NCBI GenBank assembly: GCA_963795085.1
Contig: CAWCFX010000006.1
Location: 416,001-480,000 of the forward strand
Direction of reading: 5' to 3'
DNA: 64,000 nucleotides
Source: an uncultured Gemmatimonadales bacterium
GTDB lineage: Bacteria; Gemmatimonadota; Gemmatimonadetes; Gemmatimonadales; GWC2-71-9
Shown here: piece by piece, positions 30,679 through 40,342 of the stretch
Layout: each line of letters starts with the position of its first letter
Numbering within the stretch: the stretch's first letter is position 1
Notes under the pieces: generated by a model
Seen by the model: only the letters and a program-made list of their open reading frames with translations
Told to the model about the DNA's origin: nothing
Databases searched by the model: none
Program-made: the position numbers and the translations under genes

Positions 30679-31959
30679 ATGGCACGAGTCCTGGTGGTGG
30701 ACGACGAAGTCGGGCTGCGGACGTTCATCGCCGAGGCCCTCGAGGGCGACGGCCACGTCGTGTCGCAGGCGGCTGACGGCGCCGAGGCGCTGAGCCAGCT
30801 CGCGCAGGCGGCCTTCGACCTGTTGATCACCGACCTCCGGATGCCCAACGTCGATGGCATGATCCTCCTCCGGCAAGCCCGGGCCGAGCAGCCCGGGATG
30901 GAAGCGATCGTCATGACGGCGCACGGCTCCGTGGATTCTGCGGTCGAAGCGATGAAACTCGGCGCCATCGACTATCTGGAGAAGCCGGTCAAGAGCCCGG
31001 CGGCCCTGCGGGCATTGGTCGCGCGGTCGCTGGAGCGCCAGGGAACCGAAACCCGGGGGGACATGGGGCCCGGCCGAGCCGCGACGGTCTCCCCGGCGGG
31101 GGCCTTCCGGCAATTCACCGCCGCCCTGGCAGACCGGTACGTCATTCAGCGCGAAATCGGCCAGGGTGGGACGGCCACCGTCTACCTGGCTTGGGACCCG
31201 CGCCACGGACGCCAGGTGGCCATCAAGGTCCCCCGCCCTGAACTCGCCGGGATGCTGGGGATCGAGCGGTTCCTGCGCGAGATCGCGATCGTGGCGCGCC
31301 TCACGCATCCGCATATCCTGCCGCTGGTGGATTCCGGCGAGGCGGCGGGTACCTTGTACTATATTATGCCCTATGCCGGCGGCGGGTCGCTACGGGAGTG
31401 GCTGGGCCGACACGCGGTTCCACCGATTCACGTGGCACTGCGACTTGCCAGTCAGGTTGGTGCGGCGCTGGACTACGCCCACCGGCAGGGCTTCGTCCAT
31501 CGAGACATCAAGCCGGAAAACATCCTGTTCACCGATGGCTGGCCCCTCGTCGCGGATTTCGGCATCGCCCGCGCCATCACGATGGCGGCAGGCGATTCCC
31601 TGACGGCCATCGGCGTGACCCTGGGAACCCCGGAATACATGAGTCCTGAGCAGGTGGCCGGTGATCGCTCACTGGATGGCCGGAGCGACGAATACAGCCT
31701 GGCCGTGGTCGTGTTCGAAATGCTTACCGGCGCCGTGCCGTTCGCGGGCGTCAGTGCCCGCGCCACCATGGGACGGCACCTGACGGAGGCTCCGCCGCGG
31801 CTCGGGACCCGCCGGCCGGATATCCCCGAAGTGCTCGAGCAAACGATGAGCCGGGCGCTGGCCAAGAACCCGGCGGATCGCTTTCCGACGATGGCGGCAT
31901 TCGTCGACGCCCTGGGCGCCACATCCGCGATTTCCCTCGCCACCTCCGGGTCGTCCTAG
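30679..31959 (+). CDS. receiver (REC) domain fused to Hanks-type Ser/Thr kinase
   Basis: REC: VDDE, TDLRMP (D52), T80, EKP. Kinase: [30 protein letters not shown]. Confidence 0.92.
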   Translation: MARVLVVDDEVGLRTFIAEALEGDGHVVSQAADGAEALSQLAQAAFDLLITDLRMPNVDGMILLRQARAEQPGMEAIVMTAHGSVDSAVEAMKLGAIDYLEKPVKSPAALRALVARSLERQGTETRGDMGPGRAATVSPAGAFRQFTAALADRYVIQREIGQGGTATVYLAWDPRHGRQVAIKVPRPELAGMLGIERFLREIAIVARLTHPHILPLVDSGEAAGTLYYIMPYAGGGSLREWLGRHAVPPIHVALRLASQVGAALDYAHRQGFVHRDIKPENILFTDGWPLVADFGIARAITMAAGDSLTAIGVTLGTPEYMSPEQVAGDRSLDGRSDEYSLAVVVFEMLTGAVPFAGVSARATMGRHLTEAPPRLGTRRPDIPEVLEQTMSRALAKNPADRFPTMAAFVDALGATSAISLATSGSS

Positions 31960-31963
31960 AACG

Positions 31964-33292
31964 ATGGCGACAATCCTGGTGGCCGAGGACGAACCCGGAC
32001 TGCGGGCGTTCATCGCTGAAGCGCTCGAGGGCGACGGCCACCGGGTGTCGCAGGCGGCCGACGGGGCCGAGGCGCTGAGGCAACTGGCGGGGGCCGCCTT
32101 CGATCTGCTGATCACCGATCTCCGGATGCCCAACCTCGACGGGATGGCGTTGCTCCGGCGATCCCGGGCCGAGCAGCCGGAGATGGAAGTGATCGTCCTG
32201 ACCGCCCACGGTTCGGTGGACTCGGCGGTAGAAGCCATGAGGCTCGGCGCCTTCGACTACCTGGAGAAGCCGATCGGGAGCCCGGCCGAACTCCGGCTGA
32301 TCGCGATGCGGGCGCTGGAACGGCGGTCGCTCCTGGCGGTGAAGGACCGGGCTGCCAGGGAGGTCCCGGCGCTACCGCCCCTTTCGTTCGGTGATCCCGC
32401 GATGGTCCCGGTGCTGGAGGCTCTCCGGAAGGTGGCCCGGACCAATGCCACGGTGTTGCTGACCGGCGAGAGCGGGGTCGGCAAGGAGATCGCCGCGCGC
32501 ACGCTGCACGCCTGGAGCGACCGGGCGGATGGGCCGTTCGTGGCGCTCAACTGCGCGGCCATCGCCGATTCCCTGCTGGAAAGCGAGCTGTTCGGCCATG
32601 AGAAGGGTGCGTTTACCGGCGCGACCTCGGCCCGTCGGGGGCGGATCGAGCTGGCGGACGGCGGGACCTTCTTCCTGGACGAGATCGCCGAGATGAAGCT
32701 CGAGCTCCAGGCCAAGTTGCTCCGGGTGCTGGAACAGCGCCGGTACGAGCGGGTGGGCGGGTCACGCACCCTCGATGCCGACGTGCGCTGGGTGGCGGCC
32801 ACCAACCGCCAACTCGGCCAGTTGCGGGCGTCGGGCGATTTCCGGGAAGACCTGTATCACCGGCTTGCCGTCTTTCCGATTCACCTGCCGCCTCTGCGGG
32901 AGCGACGGTCGGATATCCTGCCCATCGCGGAGTCGCTGCTGATCCGGCTGGCCTCGGAGCTGGGTCGCGGCCGGCTGACGCTGTCTGACCCGGTCCGACG
33001 CCGACTGGTCGAGGCGCCGTGGCCGGGTAATGTGCGCGAACTGGCCAATGCGCTGGAGCGGGCCGCCATCATCGCCGATGGGGCCGAGATCAGGGCCGAG
33101 CATCTCTCGGTTCCCACGGTGTTCCCGGAGGGGGTCGCCGGCCCCAGCGACGAGTCGCTGGCCGCCATCGAGCGGGCCGCGATCGAGAACGCCATCGCCC
33201 GCGCGCAGGGCAACCGTAACGAAGCGGCGCGGATGCTCGGCATCGGGGTGCGGACGCTGTACGACAAGCTCAGGAAATACCGCGACGCATGA
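31964..33292 (+). CDS. sigma54-dependent response regulator (NtrC/AtoC family)
   Basis: [39 protein letters not shown], Fis-type HTH. Confidence 0.96.
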   Translation: MATILVAEDEPGLRAFIAEALEGDGHRVSQAADGAEALRQLAGAAFDLLITDLRMPNLDGMALLRRSRAEQPEMEVIVLTAHGSVDSAVEAMRLGAFDYLEKPIGSPAELRLIAMRALERRSLLAVKDRAAREVPALPPLSFGDPAMVPVLEALRKVARTNATVLLTGESGVGKEIAARTLHAWSDRADGPFVALNCAAIADSLLESELFGHEKGAFTGATSARRGRIELADGGTFFLDEIAEMKLELQAKLLRVLEQRRYERVGGSRTLDADVRWVAATNRQLGQLRASGDFREDLYHRLAVFPIHLPPLRERRSDILPIAESLLIRLASELGRGRLTLSDPVRRRLVEAPWPGNVRELANALERAAIIADGAEIRAEHLSVPTVFPEGVAGPSDESLAAIERAAIENAIARAQGNRNEAARMLGIGVRTLYDKLRKYRDA

Positions 33293-33497
33293 TCCGGAGG
33301 TCCCGGTTGGCCATCCCGGACGCGCCCGGTTCCACGAACACCCTGTTTCATGTGACGGCCGAGGGGTTGCCCACGGCTGACGGTCATCCCATAGAACGCC
33401 TCGCCTGGCAGGCGCAGGCGGCATCGGCACCCACCTACCCCTATGCCGCCCGATTCATGGTCGAAGGGCGAGGACCAGACGCCGGAGGAGGTATCCC

Positions 33498-34553
33498 ATG
33501 TCCGTGTCACACAGCGCACCCTTCGCAGCCATCGCACTCGTCCTGGCGGGTTGCGGATCGAACAGGAATCAACCCGCGGTCGTCCACCCGGATTTCGACC
33601 TGGCCGCCTTCGCCGGGCGCTTCGAGCCAGGCTCGATTGTCGGAGCGCCGCGGATCGTGGCATGCACCCTGTCGGAGGGAGCCTCGACCTCGTGCGTCAC
33701 GGTGACGTTGCCCGCGAGTCCGGCGGCATTCACCATGGGCCCATGGTGCCCGACCAACACCAGGGATGGGGCGGATCGGGGCGGCATCTGGCCCGAGAGG
33801 GGAGTGGTGCACGACGTGGACGGCCCATTCATCATGAACCTGTCGCGCTTCTATAACGACTCCACCTGGGGCATGTACGACCCGGCGACCGGGGCCGTGA
33901 ACGTCACGGATACGCCCGAGGCCTGCGCGGCCGCGGCGCGCCCCGACGTGGACCCTCGGTACACCAACTACTGCGTCCAGTGCCTTGCGGCCTACATCGA
34001 GGATGGACTCACCAGCACCTACGTCATTCCCATCGCGCCGGTGGCCGCGAGCGCCCTCGCGCCGCGGGTGGGACACGACGGTGTGGGGATCGCCTACAGC
34101 GGCGTCCGGCTCGACGCCCCGGCTCCCACGGACGATATTCTGAGCGCCTACACCATTGCCCCGTTCGACGATTGTGGGGGCCATGTGAACCCGAACGTCG
34201 GATACCATATCCATGCCGTGACCGACTGCCTGCGCCAGCGGCCCGCGGCGGGCGCGCATGCGGCCGAGCTCGGTATCGCGATGGACGGCTACCCGCTCTA
34301 CGCCCGGGTGACCCTCGATGGAGTGATGCCCCAGGACCTGGACGCATGCCACGGCCACACGACCCTGGCCGAAGGCTACCACTACCACGTCGGTGCGGCC
34401 GGATCGAACGAGATCCTCGGCTGCCACGCGGGCCAGACGGGGTGCGTGCTGACGGATCCCGACGCGCCATGCGACGCCAGCCTGGCGGCACCCCCGGGCG
34501 GGGGCCCTCCAGGCAGAGGACCGCCGGCGGGACGCCCCCCACGGGGAGGGTAG
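33498..34553 (+). CDS. YHYH domain lipoprotein
   Basis: GGAGGT RBS, LAGC, DDCGGH...YHIH, GIAMDGYPLY, LDACHGH, YHYHV. Confidence 0.88.
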   Translation: MSVSHSAPFAAIALVLAGCGSNRNQPAVVHPDFDLAAFAGRFEPGSIVGAPRIVACTLSEGASTSCVTVTLPASPAAFTMGPWCPTNTRDGADRGGIWPERGVVHDVDGPFIMNLSRFYNDSTWGMYDPATGAVNVTDTPEACAAAARPDVDPRYTNYCVQCLAAYIEDGLTSTYVIPIAPVAASALAPRVGHDGVGIAYSGVRLDAPAPTDDILSAYTIAPFDDCGGHVNPNVGYHIHAVTDCLRQRPAAGAHAAELGIAMDGYPLYARVTLDGVMPQDLDACHGHTTLAEGYHYHVGAAGSNEILGCHAGQTGCVLTDPDAPCDASLAAPPGGGPPGRGPPAGRPPRGG

Positions 34554-34826
34554 CGGTCCATACGGCCCGTGGCCTGCCGCTCGCGCCTCGGCACTGACCG
34601 GCTTGGAGGAGATTCTCTCCCTGACCGCGGACCCCAACGGGGCCGGGCTCTGCTTTCTCCATGGAGCGGCACTCCCCGACCCCGGAGGGATCCTGCTGGG
34701 CTCAGGGAATCAGACCCGGTTCATCCGCCTGCCGGTCGGCGGCGGGCGGGCGGGTCGTCATGATCCTCTTGTGCAACCCCGCAGCGCGGCATCGTCTGAC
34801 TGGCACTTCCCCGCAGGAGCATTCCC

Positions 34827-35264
34827 ATGCGCCACCTCACTGCCGGTGTCCTTCTCGCCACGCTGGTTTCATGTTCGAACGATCCCCTGGCCAGCGTCGA
34901 GGGCGGCCTCCGCATCTATCCGTCCACGCCGGTGGCCCGCCCAGGCGATCCCTTGACGGTGCATCTGCTGAACTGGTCGGGCCAGGTGCTCCAGGAGAAC
35001 CTGTGCCAGATGGCGCTGCAGCAGCGGCAGGGTGTCCAGTGGGTGTCGGTGTACACCGAACCTGGCGACGGCGGCGTCTGCCCGGCCTACCTCAATCTGT
35101 TCCGTTCGGGCCAGGTCCTTGCCCGCCCCGTGAGCCTCCCGGCGGACCTGGCCGAAGGGCGCTACCGAATAGTGTTTGAGGGGATCTCGCTGGACGACAG
35201 GCACCTTCCGGAAGAGCTCCGGGCATCGACGGCCTTTGAGGTCCGGGAGTCGTTGCCGCTGTAG
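34827..35264 (+). CDS. hypothetical lipoprotein (Ig-like)
   Basis: AGGAG RBS, LVSC lipobox, LPADLAEGRYRI, STAFEV. Confidence 0.75.
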   Translation: MRHLTAGVLLATLVSCSNDPLASVEGGLRIYPSTPVARPGDPLTVHLLNWSGQVLQENLCQMALQQRQGVQWVSVYTEPGDGGVCPAYLNLFRSGQVLARPVSLPADLAEGRYRIVFEGISLDDRHLPEELRASTAFEVRESLPL

Positions 35265-35277
35265 GCGGCAGCGTGGC

Positions 35278-36093
35278 TTAACGAACGGGGACGAGCACCT
35301 CGGTGAGCAGGTCAGCCGGCGGCGTTCCCTCCGGCGGCGTGAGATAGATCTCGACGCACGGGGCGGTGCGCATGGATCGCCCTTCCCGGGGCATGAAGTC
35401 GCGCGCCAGCCAGGCATAGGTCTCGGCCAGCCGTTCGAACGGACCCCGATGGACCGCCGTCGCGTACTCCCCGCCGCAGACCTCCGTCACGCCGATGTCT
35501 CCTTCCCCGCGCACGGTCGCGGGCACCTCGATGCAGCAGTCGAAGCGGAGCTGCGCGGCCGCGGTGATCCCCGGGTCGTCGTGCGCGAGACCGAGGAACA
35601 GCGGCTGGATGGTCGAGCCACGCGCGGCGGCCCAGCCGGCCAGCCGCTCGAACACCGGGCGGACCTGGTCGTACGGGCCGACATGCCGGATGAACGCGAC
35701 TCGCAGCGGATTCACCGTTTCAATCCGGCCCAGCAGGCCCGGCTGCTCGACGACGGGCGCGATCCAGCGCCCCCGCTCGCGCGCGCGGAAGAGACCCGGA
35801 GCGCAGCCGAACCGCTCGCCGAACGCGCGGGTGAACGCGCTCTGGCTGCCGTACCCGGCCTCCCGCCCGATATCGGCGACGGCGCGGTCGCTGGTCGCCA
35901 GCTCATGCGCCGCGCGCTCCAGCCGCAGCCGCCGGACATACTCGGCGGGCGGCTCGCCGACGATCGCCGTGAAGAGCCGATGAAAGTGAAACGGGGAGAG
36001 GCAGGCATGACTGGCCAGCGCGGGCAGCGAGAGCGTGGCATCGAGGTCGCGTTCGACGGCGACCACCGCGCGCAGCACCCGCTCGACGCTCAC
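35278..36093 (-). CDS. AraC family regulator with GyrI-like effector domain
   Basis: LSPFHFHRLF, RRLRLERAA, GYGSQSAFTRAF, RHVGPY, HRGPF, EIYL. Confidence 0.9.
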   Translation of the reverse strand: MSVERVLRAVVAVERDLDATLSLPALASHACLSPFHFHRLFTAIVGEPPAEYVRRLRLERAAHELATSDRAVADIGREAGYGSQSAFTRAFGERFGCAPGLFRARERGRWIAPVVEQPGLLGRIETVNPLRVAFIRHVGPYDQVRPVFERLAGWAAARGSTIQPLFLGLAHDDPGITAAAQLRFDCCIEVPATVRGEGDIGVTEVCGGEYATAVHRGPFERLAETYAWLARDFMPREGRSMRTAPCVEIYLTPPEGTPPADLLTEVLVPVR

Positions 36094-36461
36094 CGCCGCG
36101 CCGCCAGCAGGCCGGCCAGCACGCCGGCAAGGACTTTCCCCGCCCAGGAGGCCCCGAAGAGGGGGATGAACCTCGCCCCCGACGCGATGATGAGCCCGGC
36201 ATCGAGCAGCGCGACCGCCACGCCGACGAGCGCGCCGTGGAGGAGCGGACGACCGGTCCCCCGGGCGGCCAGAAAACCAAAGCCCAAGGTGGCGATGGCG
36301 CCCACGATCGGACCGAGCCAGAGGCCGACCCGTTCCGCGAAGGCCTGGCGCGCCTCGGGGTCCACACCCCTGGTCTCGTAAACGAGGACGACCACGACGA
36401 GCAGCAGGATGGGGGTGAGCTCGCCGGCGATCGTCGCCAGCGCGATACGGCCGAACCGCAT
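36090..36461 (-). CDS. small membrane protein
   Basis: Four hydrophobic segments; GTGA overlap with the AraC gene. Confidence 0.7.
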   Translation of the reverse strand: MRFGRIALATIAGELTPILLLVVVVLVYETRGVDPEARQAFAERVGLWLGPIVGAIATLGFGFLAARGTGRPLLHGALVGVAVALLDAGLIIASGARFIPLFGASWAGKVLAGVLAGLLAARR

Positions 36462-36731
36462 TCCACCTGTGTCGGACACGCGCGGCTCCGTTGGAGAGTT
36501 GGCGCGAAGATATCGCGGGAAAGGCCTGCGCGGGAGAGCGACCGGCCAACTCCGCAAGGATTGTCAAAGGGGGTTTATTGTCTCGCCGAGCGGGTCGGGT
36601 TCGAGCAGACGGCCTCCACCGGCCCGCCGCCTTGCCCTTGACCACCCCGGATCCGGAGGCAAGTTCAGGCAGGCCGGTGGGAGGGTTCGCCCGCCACACA
36701 GACTACCCTGCAACTGTCCCAAGGAACGTCT

Positions 36732-37142
36732 ATGGCAGAGCCCAGGACGAGACCGACCACGGCGAGTGTCGCGGCCTTCATCAGCGCGATTCCCCAGCCG
36801 GAGCGCCGGCGCGACGCCCGCACCGTGGCCGCCATGATGCGCGCGGCGACCGGAGCGCGGGCCACCATGTGGGGTCCCACGATTATCGGCTTTGGACGCC
36901 AGCCGATCACCGACGCCCGGGGCCGTGCCACCGACTGGCCGGTCGCCGCCTTCGCCCCCCGCTCCACCGGCCTGGTGCTCTACTTCTCGGAGGACGTCCT
37001 CGCCCATCACCCGCTCCTCTCGCACCTCGGCAAGCACCAGGTGGGGAAGAGCTGCCTCTACATCCGGCGTCTGGCGGACGTGGATCTCCCGACCCTGCGC
37101 CGGTTGGTCTCGTCGTCCGTCCGCGCCGAGCGGGCCCGGTGA
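36732..37142 (+). CDS. DUF1801 domain protein
   Basis: TRPTTASVAAF, MWGPTIIGFG, AFAPR, LGKH..GKSCLYIRRLADVD. Confidence 0.88.
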   Translation: MAEPRTRPTTASVAAFISAIPQPERRRDARTVAAMMRAATGARATMWGPTIIGFGRQPITDARGRATDWPVAAFAPRSTGLVLYFSEDVLAHHPLLSHLGKHQVGKSCLYIRRLADVDLPTLRRLVSSSVRAERAR

Positions 37143-37305
37143 CCTTGACCGGATCCCCGTCCACCTGGTGGGGCCCGGCCCTCGATCGGGCCGGGCTGGC
37201 ACAACCGGCCGGCTGACCCTAGCATTCCCAGACCCGCGCGGCTTCCCAGGTGATGCCACGCTCGCCCCAACAGCCAAGCCCCCTACTCAACGTGAGGTTG
37301 CTCCT

Positions 37306-38208
37306 GTGAAGACCATGGCCGTAGCGGTTCTCGGGGTCGCGTTCGTCGTTGTCGTCGCCGCCTGTGGGTCGGATGACCGGCCGACGCCGGAGCCGCCGGC
37401 CATGGCGACACCACAAATGGTCCCCCTCTCCACCACCGAGTACGCCTTTCAGGCCCCCGACACGGTCTCCGCAGGCTGGACCACTCTCCGCCTGGCGAAT
37501 CTCGGCCAGGAGCTCCACTACGCCCACATCGTCCGGCTGGACTCGGGGCGGACCGTCCAGGAGCTGGTGGACGCGTACGCGGAGGCGATTCGTACCTCCG
37601 GGCCGCGGCCGAAGTGGGTCACCCGGTTCGGCGGCCCAGGCGGAACTGCCCCGGGCGATTCCTCGAGCGTGACCCAGTTCCTCGAGCCGGGAAGCTACGT
37701 GTGGATATGCCCCGTCGAGGACCAGGCCGGGAATCCCCATTTCGGCCGGGGAGAGTTCAAGACCTTTATCGTCTCCCCGGCGGGGCCGGCCGTGGCCAAC
37801 CGGGAGGCCGCGCCTGACGCGGGGGTAGTGATCCGTCTGCTGGACTTTTCGTTCGCCCTCGGTGACACGCTCCGCGCCGGCCGGCACACGGTCCGCGTCG
37901 AAAATGCCGGGGTGGAGCCGCACGACCTCGTGGTGATGAAACTCGAACCCGGGAAGACGGTCCAGGACATCATGACATGGTTGAATCCGGAGCGCGCGCG
38001 GCGACCGGGGCAGGCGGAGGAACCGCCCCCGCCGCTGGAGAGCCTGGGGTCGCCGGCCGGCGGCATCGCGGCGATCGCGCCGGGGATGGCCGTGTTCTTT
38101 GAACGGGACTATGCGCCGGGCGAGTACGTGTTGATGTGCATGGCGACCGCGCCCGATGGCCGGTCGCACATCGAGCACGGGATGATCCAGCAGGTCAGTA
38201 TCCGCTGA
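37306..38208 (+). CDS. lipoprotein with two cupredoxin-like domains
   Basis: VAAC lipobox; EYAF.APDTV.AGW; NLGQELH; YVWICPVEDQAGNPHFGRGE; NAGVEPH; YVLMCMATAPDGRSHIEHGM. Confidence 0.8.
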   Translation: MKTMAVAVLGVAFVVVVAACGSDDRPTPEPPAMATPQMVPLSTTEYAFQAPDTVSAGWTTLRLANLGQELHYAHIVRLDSGRTVQELVDAYAEAIRTSGPRPKWVTRFGGPGGTAPGDSSSVTQFLEPGSYVWICPVEDQAGNPHFGRGEFKTFIVSPAGPAVANREAAPDAGVVIRLLDFSFALGDTLRAGRHTVRVENAGVEPHDLVVMKLEPGKTVQDIMTWLNPERARRPGQAEEPPPPLESLGSPAGGIAAIAPGMAVFFERDYAPGEYVLMCMATAPDGRSHIEHGMIQQVSIR

Positions 38209-38261
38209 TGGCCGGGTCGGGATAGCCGCCGAACGGTTCGGCCCCCGCTTCTAGTGTGATA

Positions 38262-38794
38262 ACAGGCTAAAGCCTTCGACCGCAGGAAGTCCTCCAGGGC
38301 CCTCGGCGAGCACGGTCGCTCAAGCGACCTCATTTCGAGATCGGCGCGTGTCGTCCCTTCAGGGACAGTATGGCCGAGGGCAGGCGCGAGAAGACAGGCT
38401 AAAGCCTGCGACCGCAGGAAGTCCTCCAGGGCCCTCGGCGAGCACGGTCGCTCAAGCGACCTTATTTCGAGATCGGCGCGTGTCGTCCCTTCAGGGACAG
38501 TATGGCCGAGGGCAGGCGCGAGAAGACAGGCTAAAGCCTTCGACCGCAGGAAGTCCTTCGGGCTCTCGGCGAGCACGGTCGCTCAAGCGACCTTATTTCG
38601 AGATCGGCGCGTGTCGTCCCTTCAGGGACAGTATGGCCGAGGGCAGGCGCGAGAAGACAGGCTAAAGCCTTCGACCGCAGGAAGTCCTTTCGGGCTCTCG
38701 GCGAGCACTGTCGCTAAAGCGACCTTATTTCGAGATCGGCGCGTGTCGTCCCTTCAGGGACAGTATGGCCGAGGGCAGGCTTCAGCCTGTCCTA
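38262..38794. repeat. 4x131-132 bp near-identical tandem repeat of REP-like multi-hairpin units
   Basis: Units start at 38262, 38394, 38526 and 38657; array is capped by GCAGGC-TTCA-GCCTGTCCTA. Confidence 0.95.
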
Positions 38795-38957
38795 TACCAC
38801 GGAGGCAAGCCACCGCGGTCGGCGCATTCTTATCTCCTCCCGGTCCTACCGCCCGGTCTTACCGCCCCGTCCTACCGCCCTCGTTCCAGGGAGGGTCTGG
38901 CGGAAACGCTCCCCGGGGGCATACTAGGAACCCTGCCTCCCAAATGAATGGAGATCC

Positions 38958-39365
38958 ATGCGAACCCGGACCTGGATCGCGGCCCTCACCGCCCCCGTTA
39001 TCGGCATCACGGCGGGGTTTGTCGCCCTGGCCGTGGCGGCGTGGGAACCCGTGTCAGCCCGGTCACTCGAGTGGTTCGGCTGGTTTCTTCTCTGGGGAGT
39101 CCCGGTGGCGCTCCTGGTGGAGGCCGTCGTGGGGATTCCGCTCTATCGGGTGATGCACCGGCGCAATGCGGTGAGGATCGCTCCCGTGTTGATCGCGGGG
39201 GTGGCGGCGGGCATTCTCACCGTGATGCTGCCCTTGGGGTTCTTCGGTGGGGACGGAGCCACGGCGCTCGGCCTGGCCGCCCTCACCGGAGGCATTGGCG
39301 GGTTCTTCGCGGCAACCTGGTTCTGGTTCGTCAGCGGTTGGGGCCGCGCCATCCCGGCTGCGTGA
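38958..39365 (+). CDS. 4-TM hypothetical membrane protein
   Basis: GGAG RBS; hydrophobic. Confidence 0.7.
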   Translation: MRTRTWIAALTAPVIGITAGFVALAVAAWEPVSARSLEWFGWFLLWGVPVALLVEAVVGIPLYRVMHRRNAVRIAPVLIAGVAAGILTVMLPLGFFGGDGATALGLAALTGGIGGFFAATWFWFVSGWGRAIPAA

Positions 39366-39406
39366 TGTTGCTTTGCTCCGAACGACCCGCCCGCCGGCCT
39401 GATGAA

Positions 39407-39910
39407 ATGGCCATGCGATGCATCGTGCCTCGTCTCGCGACTCGACTTGCGATGGGCGCCGCGCTGGCCTGCGCCCCCGCCGCGGATATCCCGTCAGCGG
39501 ACGCCGCGGCCACCGCGCGGCAGGAGGTCCGCCTGGCGCTCGCGGCCTACATGGTAGCCGCGCGGGCCGTCAATCCCGACTCCATTGCCGCCTTTTTCAC
39601 ACCGGCCGGGGTGCTCTTCGAACCCGGTATCAGGCCGATCCAGGGCCCCGATTCGATTCGCGCCTTCATCCGCCGGTTCCCGGGTGTTCGGGTGGACTCC
39701 GCCACCGCGGTGCCCGATACGATCGAGATCTTCGGTACGACCGCGTTCGTGTGGGGCTCCTATTTCGAGCGCCTGGCGTTCCCCGGCCAGCCGGTGAGCG
39801 AGCAAGACGGCCGGTTCGTGATGGAATGGATCAGGCAGGGTGATGGGCGCTGGCTGATCAACCGGTACTACCGCGTCCCGCTTCCGTCCGCCCCGTCGGC
39901 CGCGCCGTGA
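39407..39910 (+). CDS. NTF2/SnoaL-like (DUF4440) lipoprotein
   Basis: AALAC; IAAFFTP.GVLF, IQGPDSIRAF, GRFVMEWIRQGDGRWLI. Confidence 0.8.
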   Translation: MAMRCIVPRLATRLAMGAALACAPAADIPSADAAATARQEVRLALAAYMVAARAVNPDSIAAFFTPAGVLFEPGIRPIQGPDSIRAFIRRFPGVRVDSATAVPDTIEIFGTTAFVWGSYFERLAFPGQPVSEQDGRFVMEWIRQGDGRWLINRYYRVPLPSAPSAAP

Positions 39911-39924
39911 TCCGGGGAGGATGC

Positions 39925-40278
39925 ATGCGTCTTGCCCGCTCACTCACATGCCTGGCCTCCGGGGCCGGCCTGGCCGCTCTCCCTGGCTGCGGCGACGCGG
40001 TCGTCGCTCCCCGGGCCGCCGTCTACTTCGTGCTCGATGCCCCGCTCTGCAGTTCGCGTCTCCCGGTGCAGTTCTTTATTGACAACGTCCAGGTCGGCTC
40101 CGACACATTCAGCATTAACCTGGCTCCGGAACACTCCACCTCGGGTCGCTTCGACGTCAGCAGCGGAGTCCACACCCTGGGTGCCCGGGTGGTGAACGGG
40201 TACGCGTGGAGTGACCGTACCGTGCGCCTGGCCGCCGGCGAAGTCCACTATGACTCCCTGCCCTTCTACTGTTCCTAG
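39925..40278 (+). CDS. hypothetical lipoprotein
   Basis: GGAGG RBS; LPGC; beta-rich. Confidence 0.7.
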   Translation: MRLARSLTCLASGAGLAALPGCGDAVVAPRAAVYFVLDAPLCSSRLPVQFFIDNVQVGSDTFSINLAPEHSTSGRFDVSSGVHTLGARVVNGYAWSDRTVRLAAGEVHYDSLPFYCS

Positions 40279-40342
40279 GCCCCGCCACGACCCCCTGGAT
40301 TCCAGGAGCCGCCGGGGCCTGGCCTCCCGGGTTGCGTCATGG

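Noticed and set aside
36094..36699. 473 aa AraC protein starting at 36699
   Set aside because: The extension overlaps the 36090-36461 membrane gene; GTG36093 is translationally coupled and gives normal length.
38262..38794. CRISPR array
   Set aside because: Units are 131-132 bp and near-identical throughout; no unique spacers and no cas genes in the window.
38109..39153. ORFs 38109-38576(-), 38348-38665(+), 38611-39153(+)
   Set aside because: Translations of the tandem repeat; frame breaks at the 131 bp unit; no RBS.
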